64,000 nucleotides of DNA from Octopus vulgaris (GCA_951406725.2 OX597815.1:53878001-53942000); one strand, 5' to 3'. Shown: positions 41,254 to 52,643, numbered from the stretch's first letter. The notes: generated by a model from the letters alone, not told the origin. Numbers and translations: made by a program.

Positions 41254-42416
41254 TGTGTGTAAATATGTATGTACGTATACATACACTTATATAGATAGAT
41301 AGATATATACATATATACCGATATATACATATATATTAATCATTTATGATTTTTTCTAACAGCGTTGATTGTAGATCGTTGGATAGTTGCATTTCTTTAA
41401 CAAGCATGTTTTGACTCTGATTGTTGCACTATTCTTTGTTGCACAGAATTATATATATAATGCTAAAAGAGAATCACGAAGCAAATAAAAACTAAATGAT
41501 AGCGTGTAAATATCGGGTTAAAAGCTTATTGGATTTTAATCCAATAGCAAGTGGAAGGCTGCTAGTGGGACTCGAACCCATATGTGTCATATTTGGGATT
41601 CATCATTCCTATAACAAGTAATTTGCGTTCTCGAAATTTCTAAATTCTTACGGCGTCGACAACGTACAATTCTCGCCGGCAAGAATTTTTTAAATGGAAG
41701 AAGAGAAAAATGGATGCAAGATGTAAGTATTAGTTTGATACTTCAAGAGCCGTTATGAAAGTTGACGTCTCGCGCTTCCTCAGAAAATTAGATAATTGGA
41801 AAAGTAAAGTTTAGAGGGCGGCGAGAAACAGTGGTAATATAGAGATATGTGTTGTTTCCTGTCAAATTAAATTAAAACAGTGTGTGTGTTTGTGTCTGTC
41901 TGTCTGTGTCGTCACTTGCGGCCGAGGAATCACAGGGTAACGAAATCACTTTTCTAAATTTATGCTTTTTTTTTTTTGCAGTAAAGCCTTTAGTCATAAG
42001 CCTGCAAAAACAAGAAGAACATATCATACTGTAGAGTGTGAGTTACTGAAATGAGAGATAATTTTTTAAACTTTAGAAACTTAGAATCATTTTTGTCAAT
42101 TCGCTTCGATAAGCAGAAGAGAAAATTAAAATCAACGTAACTATTTGCTGAAGTGTGAATTTACAGTGTGAACTTACAGACAGTTCTTTACGGTTGTAAG
42201 CTGTGTATTTTCGGCATCGCAGTCACAATGAAGACGGAAATATACGAAATCTAACGGTAATTTTAATATGTTAAAAATTGTACAATCTGTTTTATAGCAG
42301 TAGTCTTCTGCCAAAGAACTGGTGTACATAGTCAGAATCTCATTACACACATATATACACACAGACACACAGACACACTCATACGGACACACACACACAC
42401 ACCCCTCACTCACACA

Positions 42417-42455
<39 letters not shown>

Positions 42456-43296
42456 GTGTGTAAATACACAGACATATGTATATATACTACTATGTATGAA
42501 GCACATAAATCAATGAATACTTGGATATCAGCAATAATGAAAATTTGTTTGGATGCTTACCATATAAGGTTGTGGGGAATCTCTGTTTTAATTATGTTAG
42601 TACAACTTTACACACTACGAAGAGACGAGGCCCCATATATAAGGTTACGATTCTCGGGTTCTATGTATTCCTAAATCCGTCTTTATTAATATTCTAGTTA
42701 TGTATACTTGTTTGTCAAACTTATTATATAACTGACGTTAGGCAACTCGTAAGGCAAACGATAAGAGTAGAATGTTTAATGTAAGACAAAGGAAGTTAGT
42801 CAAAGCTTTGTACATTAAATACTGAACTGAATTTTGCACCAATACAGTACATATGCATATGAGTCCGAATATCTACCAAGATATAAATAATTGTTGTGAC
42901 GTATTTTTCCTTTATTCGAGTAAATATGTATTGAGCATTATTTGTACTTTGTTGTGTAAAAACTCAATTTAAAAACCGGTACAACTGGAGCACAACATGA
43001 ATATTTGAAGTTCTTTCTTAATCTACACGATATTGCTAGCCTGATGTGCTAAGAGAGAGCTTGTTAAGTATGTTTCCCCGGATTGATAACCTCCCATAAA
43101 TATCTATATGTGTGTGCGTGTGTGTGTGTGTAAATTTATGTAAGTAATATATATATTTGAATATGTATATGTATATCTATGTATGTATGTATGTATATAT
43201 ATATGTGTATATATATATATATATATATGTATATACATATGTATATATATATTTATATATATATGTATATATATATATATATTTGTGTGTGTGTGC

Positions 43297-43343
<47 letters not shown>

Positions 43344-44313
43344 TGCATCTACGTACATTCGAATATGTATATTCTCTTTTATAGTTGATTGTAGGACATT
43401 TCTCTGTAAGAACGGGATAGCTTTCCAACAAATCTACAAACTCTGTCGCTTAAATGTAGATAACAAAAGCAAATTAATATTTTGAACTTGAGAAATATCT
43501 TTCATATTTATATTGTTTCGCCTACGATAATAGTGAATTTATAGCTTGGTTATAGAAGATATAGGTTTTGAAGTAACACGCACGCGCGCGCGCACGCACA
43601 CACACATATACACATACATACACGAGTGTGCGTATGTGTTTGTATATAATTCGATGTATGTATCAGTGTAAATTGCTTGAAGTCCCCTTGCAGTCTCTCG
43701 TGGTAGCTGGTTGACGGCATGTGCAGTAATCAGCAGAAGTATGTACTACCATCTTTACCGGTGGTATGCTATAAGCCGTAGTAATAGGTTTTTAAGTGGC
43801 CTGTGCATTGCTGTTGTCCTCGTACTTTCAGTGTATTGTTCAATGTAGTTTGCCATATAAAATATTGGGCTTATTTTTGATCGCTCTCAAGTACTAGGGT
43901 TTCAATATGCTTATCAATGTATAGAAGTTATTCAAGCTGAAGAATAAATGCTCGAAGCTGAGAAATACGTACAGAACCTGAGTATTTTAGGAATAACCTC
44001 TGATTCGGCTGCAGAATTAATGAAATGGGAAAAAATCTATTATCCGTATGAAAAACTAACAAAATATTTCGTTTATGTCTAGAGAATAGCGAGGTACATC
44101 GAATCTATGATGTAAACTGAGACGATTGCAGGCAATGAAATAGGATGCTAAACTATCAATTTAGTATCCAGGGAATATGCGTGCGTATATTTGGATACAT
44201 GCCATGTATATTTGGATAGAGCAAAAAAATCCACGAAAGCTTGTAATTTTGTTTAATTCATTGATTTCGCAAAATAACGGTGTGCCAGAGCACTGTAGGT
44301 GGGTAACTCTCGC

Positions 44314-44376
<63 letters not shown>

Positions 44377-44756
44377 CGTACACGTATATATATATATATC
44401 TATATATATATATAAGAAAAAGAAAATGGAGATTGGGAAGTTGATAATTGTTTATTATTAACATAACTCAATAATCATCCTTTACAGTTGTTTCAATAAA
44501 AACTCAGTGAAATAATTAAATATTAAATTCATATGGCCTGGACATAATATCTTCAGAGGGAAGAGGGAAAAAAACATACGCTAGCATGTTTTATGTGTTT
44601 ATGGATTCATTATTTCAGACTGAATGATTTGTATTTTTATGTATGCGCGTGTGTGTGTATATATATAAATATAATAGAAATAATATATAAATATATGCAT
44701 ATATACATACATATACGTACATACCTACATATATATGTATATATGCATGCATATAT

Positions 44757-45597
44757 GGGTACAAGACATAAAAAAAAGTTGAACACAATGAGAAACGAAA
44801 ACCTAAAAACAAAAACATAGAAGCGAACCTTTTCGAACAACGAAAAAAAACAGGGAAAGGAGACATATAAAATGAAGAATATTCCTCTTCTTCAGTTGTC
44901 ACTGTTTCAACTACTCCACGTTACGAAGGCAAGGATAAGACGCGACTTCGTTCAAACATTCCTTCCGGCAAAGCAAGTTAAATATAAATTTGGGATGATT
45001 TGCGGAGGGTGAAAGTGGTAACAAGGGCAGGACAGTGAGAACAAAACAATAAAAACAATAAAAAAAGTAAAAACAGTAAAAGACAGAACAATGAGAACAA
45101 AACAGCAAAACAAACGGTGAGAGCTGTTACGTCATGACGATGGAAATATTATTCTGTACGTTAGGAAAACGAGCTTATGAAGGGACAGTATAAGCCCGTT
45201 TAGTCTTTACGAAGATTGTTGTCAGAAGATAGATTCACTCTCGTCACCTTTCAGCAACGAGAAAGTCGAGGAGGAGGAGTGAGAGAGAGGGAAAGGTGAA
45301 GGAGCAAGGAGAAGAATAGAGAAAGGTGGGAGATAAAACCAGAAAGGATGCAGAACAAGAGGGGGGAGAGATAGACATGGAAGACATAGAAGAGAGGGGG
45401 AGAGATAGGCAGAGAAGTTATTGAAGAGAGGGGGAGAGAGATAGACAAAGAAGACATAGGAGAGAGGGGGAGAGAGATTGACAGAGAAGAGATAGTAAAG
45501 ATAGAAGAGTGCGCATCGTAATTATTAAGATAAAACTTACTTGGAAAAGGATGCGTCTAACCCCGGTGCAATGTTTGTTCAGCCTTTGTAAAATCCC
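44757..45597 (-). mobile_element. Penelope-associated repeat: pyrimidine-rich minisatellite, 9-bp repeats, scrambled hammerhead, T-rich tail
   Basis: Bounded by TA-rich tracts. ~33-bp GA-rich units at 45355-45500 and AAAACA(A/G)TA units at 45040-45110. Same module order as 48315-49075. Confidence 0.55.
44889..45010 (-). ncRNA. Candidate non-circularly permuted hammerhead (decayed copy)
   Basis: Minus-strand order GAAGG...CGCGT-C|TTATC-CTTG-CCTTC-G(T)A-ACGTG-[16 nt]-GACAA-CTGAAGA. Confidence 0.55.
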
Positions 45598-45709
45598 TAT
45601 ATAAATATATATACATATATAAATATATATACAAATATATATATAAATATATACACATATAAAATATATATACATATACATATATAAATATATATACATA
45701 TATATAAAT

Positions 45710-45947
45710 AAATCACCACTGCATTTTCTTCCTAGCTCTGTGTGACCCCTCTGCCTGACATTCACCATGATAGATCCCTAGCCACTAAACCTTTTTCCAT
45801 TTTCTCTCCCTGTTTATTTCTGCATTCCTTTCTGTCGAAGAGCCTAGGCTCGAAACGTAAAAGACTTTCTCACTTCCGGAGCGTTAAACTAATTCATCTG
45901 TTTGTTGTTTACACACCCGTCACCGTCTTTTTTTTGCAAATTCTCGC
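45710..45947 (+). mobile_element. Penelope-like 3' fragment with minimal hammerhead-like motif (45828-45863)
   Basis: CTTT-CTGTCGA-A-GAGC-CTAG-GCTC-GAAA-CG-TA|AAAG. 3' end abuts (TA)n. Confidence 0.7.
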
Positions 45948-45961
45948 TATATATAAATATA

Positions 45962-46038
<77 letters not shown>

Positions 46039-46611
46039 ATGTGTGTGTGTGTACCTAAATATATATACATATATATGTACAAATTTATATGCATAAATAT
46101 ATATACTTATATATATACATAAATATATACACATACATATATATTTTATATATATGTGTGTGTGTGTGTCTATCTGTCTGCATGGGGTAGAGGTTAAGCA
46201 ACAACCATTCCTTACTATTTCTATCATTTTATTACTAACATATGATAGATTCCTCAAATTATTTTCTCTCAGTTGAAGGGTTGGGGCTCAGTCATTGTCC
46301 AACAGCTGTCGAACTTTTGTAAAATCCCTGAATATTACTGGCATGATGAGGAAAACTTAGCAGATTGGGTAACCCCATAGTAGAAACAGCTGTAAGAGTT
46401 CAGTGTTTTTTCAATCATTTTTATTCATTTATTTATTTTGATTACTTAGACATAGGATTGCAATCAATTAATAAATTGTTATAAATGAATGGTTACTGGG
46501 TGTTGCTTGTCAATTGATTATCCCTGCATTTTCTTATTTGCCTTATGTATATATATGTTCGTTTGTTTTCCACCTGCCTTCGTCTTTTGTTTATTTTCAT
46601 AAAGCTTCCCG

Positions 46612-46684
<73 letters not shown>

Positions 46685-46913
46685 TAAATATAAGTATAAA
46701 AAAATATATATGTATATACACACACACATAGATTTAGTATATTCAAACTTCAGTGTACTACGGATATATATATTTTATCGGAATAAACGCATTTGTATAT
46801 TTAAGTATGTGTGTGCGTGTATATATATACATATATAAATATATATATATATATATAGGTAAATATATATATATCCATATCTACACACATATATATACAT
46901 ATATATATATAAA

Positions 46914-46967
<54 letters not shown>

Positions 46968-47145
46968 TATGTATTTAAATATATATATATTATATTTATA
47001 AATATATATATGTGTGTGTGTGTGTGTGTGCGCGTGTGTGCGATTGTGTGAGGGTGTGTTAAAACTTATCTCAGTGGGTATATTCCTTGCTAAACGGTAT
47101 ACGGCAGCAGGTAATTTAGCGGGTAACCGTAGTTTAATTTTTATA

Positions 47146-47991
47146 GTGGCCAAGAAAATGGAGGACAAATTACAAACAGAACTGTGTCTTTTGCGTTAGT
47201 ACGGCATTATTTAATTAGTAAATGAAGGTGAGATTGAGAGTGTTTCTGTTTACCATAGTGAGGAAAATATATGTCGTATTTTTGCGTCGTTGCTAATGTT
47301 AGACATCTTCAGAACGAAGAAGTCAGTGTGTATATAATACTTTTTAACCGATAACCTCCTAAGATACTTCCATGCAAACTTTCCCTTCTGCACTCTTTTT
47401 CTATATGCACTCTTCATAACAAAATAATATTACGGCCATGAGTCTCTTTACGCGCTAGCTCGGAGCGACGCTCGTTCCCTATTTCACACCAATATATGGC
47501 ATCCTCTAATTAATACGAACCACCTACAACCTTTATTTCAATAGACAGCTAGGTCATTATAATAGCACCGGTTTTCCCAAATTAGAGTTAGCACCCTTAC
47601 ATTGCACCTCCGGTGAAACCCCAGAAATTACAAATACGTGCAAGACTTGTCACTGAATAAACATGAGACCACGGGGCCAACTAATATTTTTCATCCACTT
47701 CATAACAGACTTAACGAACTGTGAACTCCAATATAATGTAAGACCCTCGAATCTTTAATCTTCTCTTTCCCGATATAACCATTGATCTTTCACTCTGACT
47801 TCTTTGTTCTGACGATGTCTAATATTAGCAACGACGCAAAAATATAATGTATATTTTCCTCACTATGGTAAACAGAAACGATCGTAAACATCTTCACTCT
47901 CACTCTCACATTCATTTACTAATTAAATAATGCCTTACTAGCGCAACAGACACACTTCTGTTTATTATTTGTCCTTCATTTTCTTCTCGAC
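47146..47991. mobile_element. Head-to-head HHR element with ~190-bp diverged inverted arms (47146-47328 / 47795-47991)
   Basis: The arms are reverse complements (e.g. TTTTTGCGTCGTTGCTAATGTTAGACATC vs GATGTCTAATATTAGCAACGACGCAAAAA). Right arm ends in (TA)n. Confidence 0.75.
47805..47890 (+). ncRNA. Type I hammerhead ribozyme with 59-nt stem II region
   Basis: TGTT-CTGACGA-TGT..[59 nt total]..ACA-GAAAC-GATC-GTA|AACA. Intact core. Confidence 0.75.
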
Positions 47992-48000
47992 TATATATAT

Positions 48001-48237
48001 ATAACATAAGGGACTAAAGCCATCTGAATATGGCTAGGGACAGGGCAGGGTGGTGGGGGTGTTACTGTTGCATTTAGCCCCCGAGCCTTTCTGGTGACGT
48101 CGATGTTCGCCTGGGGCTAAATGCAACAGTAACACCCCCACCACCCTGCCCTGTCCCTAGCCATATTCAGATGGCTTTAGTCCCTTATGTTATCGAGCAG
48201 TTACTGCCTATATCTCTTTTAGAGAATTATTATTGCT
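48001..48237. mobile_element. Short head-to-head palindromic insertion (perfect ~80-bp arms 48001-48080 / 48113-48192) between TA tracts
   Basis: ATAACATAAGGGACTAAAGCC...TTTAGCCCC mirrored exactly. Shares GAATATGGCTA..ACTGT..TAGCCCC with 52641-53042. Confidence 0.8.
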
Positions 48238-48314
48238 ATATATATATATATGGCGGTGCCCCAGCATGGCCACAGCTCATAGGCTGGAACTGGAATCAAT
48301 CAATCAATCATATG

Positions 48315-48867
48315 TAAAAAAACACAAACTGGAACAAGAACGCAAAACATTTAGAAGACGATACAAAAACACGGACGCGACATTCGAAGCCTTCAATCCT
48401 CAGTCAAGAACCGGATCATCCTCGCAATTTCGGCTGATTAATCTTGAGATTGCACCGACATGGCCAGCCCCAAAGGAAAATCTAAGCCAAGCGCATTAGA
48501 TTCCTTGGAAGAAAGCCTCGAATGTATACAAAACAAGGACGGGAACGAATAAGAATACAAAAATACGTAAAAATAATAATGATAACACGAATAAGAATAC
48601 GAAAATACGTAAAAACAATAATGATAATAATAATAACAAAAACAGGACGTCACAGACAGGCGTCTTTTCGACAGGACGGGTGAACTTGAGCTGGCGCATT
48701 GGAAAAATGCCTTGAGGCGAAGAGAATAAAAGATGTGTCTGACGTTGGCGGCTGCTGACCACGAAAAGGCAGGACAGTAGTCCAAAGTTAGACACGTGTG
48801 AGGAGAAGAGAGAGGAAAAGAGGGACAGAGGAAGAGAGAAAGAAAGAGAACAAGGAACAAAGGAGGA

Positions 48868-48907
<40 letters not shown>

Positions 48908-49075
48908 CAGATCAAAGTGGAGTGCAAAGTGTGAAAGGCAGTGAAATGTAGGAGAGGGGGAGAGAGAGAGACAGTGTTATAGAGTCGTACCAAGTTTAAA
49001 GAAAAAAGTACTTACATACGAGACCAAAAAGGGTACGGGCGCCGATCCTTAAAAGGATATTTGCATTGGGAACCA
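48315..49075 (-). mobile_element. Penelope-associated repeat with scrambled hammerhead
   Basis: Minus-strand order is possible ORF end (NILLRIGARTLFGL, weak), CT-rich tract, short tandem repeats (48545-48640), structured RNA 48380-48525, T-rich tail. Confidence 0.6.
48380..48525 (-). ncRNA. Candidate non-circularly permuted hammerhead ribozyme (intact core)
   Basis: GGCTGG-[10]-GCAAT-C|TCAAGA-TTAA-TCAGCC-GAA-ATTGC-[14]-TCTTGA-CTGAGGA, enclosed by the 15-bp stem ACATTCGAGGCTTTC/GAAGGCTTCGAATGT. Confidence 0.7.
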
Positions 49076-49079
49076 CTTC

Positions 49080-49255
49080 ACATCGACAACCGGTGATTGT
49101 CGCGCGCTGATGATGGGTCAATACCCAGAAACTCGGGTCTGGTTGTATCACGTCAGGTTAGAGAGGGGAATGATGGCTTCCCTTTACAAACACTGATAGA
49201 GCACAGAAAGTGTGTCAATAGCCAGCTGGAGGAGGTGTCTTCCTGGGGCTACACG
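49080..49255 (+). mobile_element. Older copy of the 52641-53042 HHR family; HHR at 49101-49145
   Basis: CTGATGA-TGGGT-CAAT-ACCCA-GAAAC-TCGG-GTC, plus shared CCAGCTGGAGGAGGTGTCTTCCTGGGGCTAC. TA tract follows. Confidence 0.75.
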
Positions 49256-49279
49256 TATAAGTGACAAATATACTTCACG

Positions 49280-49344
<65 letters not shown>

Positions 49345-50049
49345 TACATATATATATATACATACATACATATATTATGGAAATAAACGCCAAAAAATTC
49401 AGTCACGAACTCCAGTATCTTATTTTATTTTATTACTTTCTTATATACGGAGGAGAATGCGACGAGTACTTATATAACACTTTACATAGATACGCACACA
49501 AACACACAAATACATACACACATACACACACAATCACACACTCATATACGCACTCATATATGACATAACATACACACTCATATATGGAATATGAATATTC
49601 TCATGCACATACAAGCTTTCTACAAGCAGCGAACTGAATCCTACATTTTTTCTTCCTTTGTTTTTCCATTATTATTGGTACCCGATACTTTATGTTTTGT
49701 CCGTTTTACTTTTGCAACCATTCAAAGCGTTAGAAAGTAGAAAGAGTCAATATAATATCTAGTTATCTCCTCATCGTTTTTTCGAACATATGTGCTTCGC
49801 GAGAGAGGTTATTAGCATCATTCACTATACAGCCGACTGTACACTTATGGCTTCAGGGCATGGTCCATTGTTTCAGCAACCGTATTCAACACATCTATGT
49901 TTGCTGGGTTTCAGAAGATTCTGTGTAATGAAGTGAAAGAAAATTTCTCATGTAGGCGTTTGAAGAATTCATGGTTTATCATTTTCTTTCTGTGGCAGTG
50001 TTTGTTGTGTAAAGACACCGCTATGCAGGTTACGGCATCCTTTCTAAAA

Positions 50050-50530
50050 AGCAGGTCGGAAACTATCTCTAGCTTTGTATCTTTTACATATCCCAGTCTT
50101 TGGATTGCAGCCATGCTGTATCATCACCTTGAAGAACTTAGAATAAAAGATCAACCCCAATACTTATCTTAAAGCTATGTGCCGAACTGCTAAGTTACGG
50201 GGGTTTCAAACAAACCAACGCCGGTTGTTAAGCGCCGGAAACGAACAAACAGAACCGAAAAGACAAACACTCGTATAGACATACATACATTCATATATAC
50301 AAACATATATACATACATGTATATGTGTGTAAGTGCGTTCATGTATGAGTGCATGTATGTATGTATGTATGTATATATATATGTATGTGTATGTATGTGT
50401 GTGTATGTGTGTGTATATATGTATGTATATATGTGTGTATGTAAGTGAGTATGTATATATACGACAAATATTTTTTCGTGTTCCGTCTACGAAATTCACT
50501 CATAACGCTCAAAATTCCCGGGGCTATAGC
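50050..50530 (-). mobile_element. Diverged SINE (25939 family) with internal microsatellite
   Basis: GATTGCAGCCATGCTG tail, GCCGAACTGCTAAGTTACGGGG..AAAC, and TTCCGTCTACGAAATTCACTCA head portion in reverse. Confidence 0.65.
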
Positions 50531-50989
50531 GGTATATATATGCTCAAATCTTTTCTCGCAAACATTCTGATCGAAGTTCACATCACTAGGAAGCACGCTT
50601 CGGTCTGATGCTTTTATTTCTGTGTATTTCTTTTCTCTTTTAAAGTTGGTGCAGGTGATACCCAGCTATACTTACTTCGGCCTCCGGAAAATCGCTTCTT
50701 CGGTAGAGGAGGTTATTTATGCGATTGCTTACAGCTATGGATATATTTACTTAATAAAATTTAGTTGATAATTAAGCGATGAGTGGATTGTATACATTGC
50801 TTAGAACTAAGATTTCGTATATCATTGTATCCAAGATTTTGACGGATACCAACCTTAACTTTAGGTTAAAGATTTCTGAGTATATCCGTTATGACACAAC
50901 ACTGCTCTTTAAGAGAATAATAAAGGCTCACGCTTATTATCTTTGGTTAATTGTTAAAGTTTGCTTAATTCAGTGAAAGTATTTAGCGG

Positions 50990-52204
50990 GTGTTCGGATT
51001 AAATTTCACGATATTTCATCTCACCATTTTCCAAGAACAGCTTGATATTTCGTTAAAAGTCAGCAGCGCTGGAGAACATAAAAATTAAAGTTGTAGTTGA
51101 GAAAACGTTTGCTAACCAAGTGCTCTGGAAGCCATATCAATATTAGAAAAGAGTGACCTACATCTTGATGATTCGCGTTGGGTGTCAAAATGCAAATATC
51201 ATGACTGCTGTTCAATGTTCTGCGAACACTGTAAAGACTGTAAGACGTAACATTGACAGCGGCAACGTAAACTACTCAGCCGTGTCCAGCAGAAAGGGAT
51301 ACCGCAAACGTCATAATTGCGTCCGCACGCCGGAGTTCATCCGACACCAGCAGGACAAGGCGATGAAAGATCCGAATTAGGGAATCCGGGTTCAGGTGAG
51401 AGAGATAGATGTTGGAGTCGTCACCAAGAAGCTAGCCCTGAATGAAGATCTTAGCCACTACTCATACAAATGGTGCAAAATACAAATTCTGACAGCAAAG
51501 GCCAAAGCGTACCGCTTGACGAAGGTAAAGAAGCTCTTGACCTTGCTGAGGCATCCTGTTGAATCGGAAATCATTTGATTCGTCTCAGATAAAAGAATTT
51601 CTGGAAGAATATTGCACAACACCGACAACAAAAAGTGACTTACTTACAGTCCATGCTATGTCCCACGTATCATGTAGGCCAAGTTCCCCCAAACTGTGAT
51701 GCTCCTTGAGTATGTCGTCAGTGAATTTGACGTCATGTTGCTCTACATCTTTGACTATAGGGAAAGGTGAGGGATGCTACTTTGAGTAAACTTTTGTTTC
51801 AGAGTCATTATCTAGTTGATAGCTTTTACTGTAAAGTTGCTGGAAAATGTTGTCGGAGAATCTTTACGACTTTACCAGCCTCGGTTTCTTGCTTCCAAAA
51901 TTCCCGTGTTTAAAACCTCAGGTGAGGGATGCGGTTGAGGAAGACACCAACCGATCTGCCTACAACACCAAAGCCGAGCTGGTGTCCAAAATCAAGGTGT
52001 TCACACACACACACACACACACATGTGCCGGGTTCCAGATCCATCTTATGACTATAGGGAAAGGTGAGGGATGCTACTTTGAGTAAACTTTTGTTTCAGA
52101 GTCATTATCTAGTTGATAGCTTTTACTTTTCTAACATACAAATATTTTTGGATTGGATATTATGGTTTCGTTTTTATGCAAACTGTCGAATTTACTCCGA
52201 ACAC
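50990..52204 (+). mobile_element. Decayed Tc1/mariner (maT/DD37D-like) transposon with TIRs
   Basis: TIRs GTGTTCGGATTAAATT / AATTTACTCCGAACAC. Transposase remnants VRTPEFI..DPN, LNEDL.HYSYK...KAYRLTKVKKLL..FVSDK and a degenerate PP.SP.LNP-like segment near 51890. Confidence 0.75.
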
Positions 52205-52328
52205 ATAACAATTGTTCGTTTGTTTTCCACCTGCCTTCGGTCTTTTGTCTATTTTCATAAAGCTTCCCGTTATATATATATATATATATATATATAACAC
52301 ACACACACACACACATACAAATACACAC

Positions 52329-52400
<72 letters not shown>

Positions 52401-52609
52401 CGCCATGTTGATTCGTTAGCTACTGCACGCATTTTTTTTCTCTCCTTCTTTCTGTGTATTTTTCTCTCTGTGTATCTTTCTGTTGAAGAGCGTAGGCTCG
52501 AAACGTTAAAGACTTGTTTTATTTATATTTCCTGAGCGCCATACTAATACAATTGTTCGTTTGTTTTCCACCTGCCTTCGTCTTTTGTCTATTTTCATAA
52601 AGCTTCCCG

Positions 52610-52611
<2 letters not shown>
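52401..52611 (+). mobile_element. Penelope-like 3' fragment with minimal hammerhead-like motif (52475-52512)
   Basis: TCTTT-CTGTTGA-A-GAGC-GTAG-GCTC-GAAA-CG-TT|AAAGA. The tail ..AAAGCTTCCCGT(TA)n also occurs at 46556-46612 and 52209-52271. Confidence 0.75.

Positions 52612-52640
<29 letters not shown>

Positions 52641-52643
<3 letters not shown>

Noticed and set aside
41560-41600. tRNA gene (minus-strand GGGTTCGAGTCCCAC T-arm)
   Set aside because: Only a B-box/T-arm is present. No D-arm, anticodon arm or acceptor stem could be built.
43948-44082. 44-codon ORF MLEAEKYVQNLSILG...
   Set aside because: Short, no recognisable family, and no supporting splice structure.
48001-48192. Long hairpin as a miRNA precursor or MITE
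   Set aside because: One arm continues as family sequence beyond the palindrome and matches the HHR family at 52641. It is better explained as a head-to-head retro-insertion.
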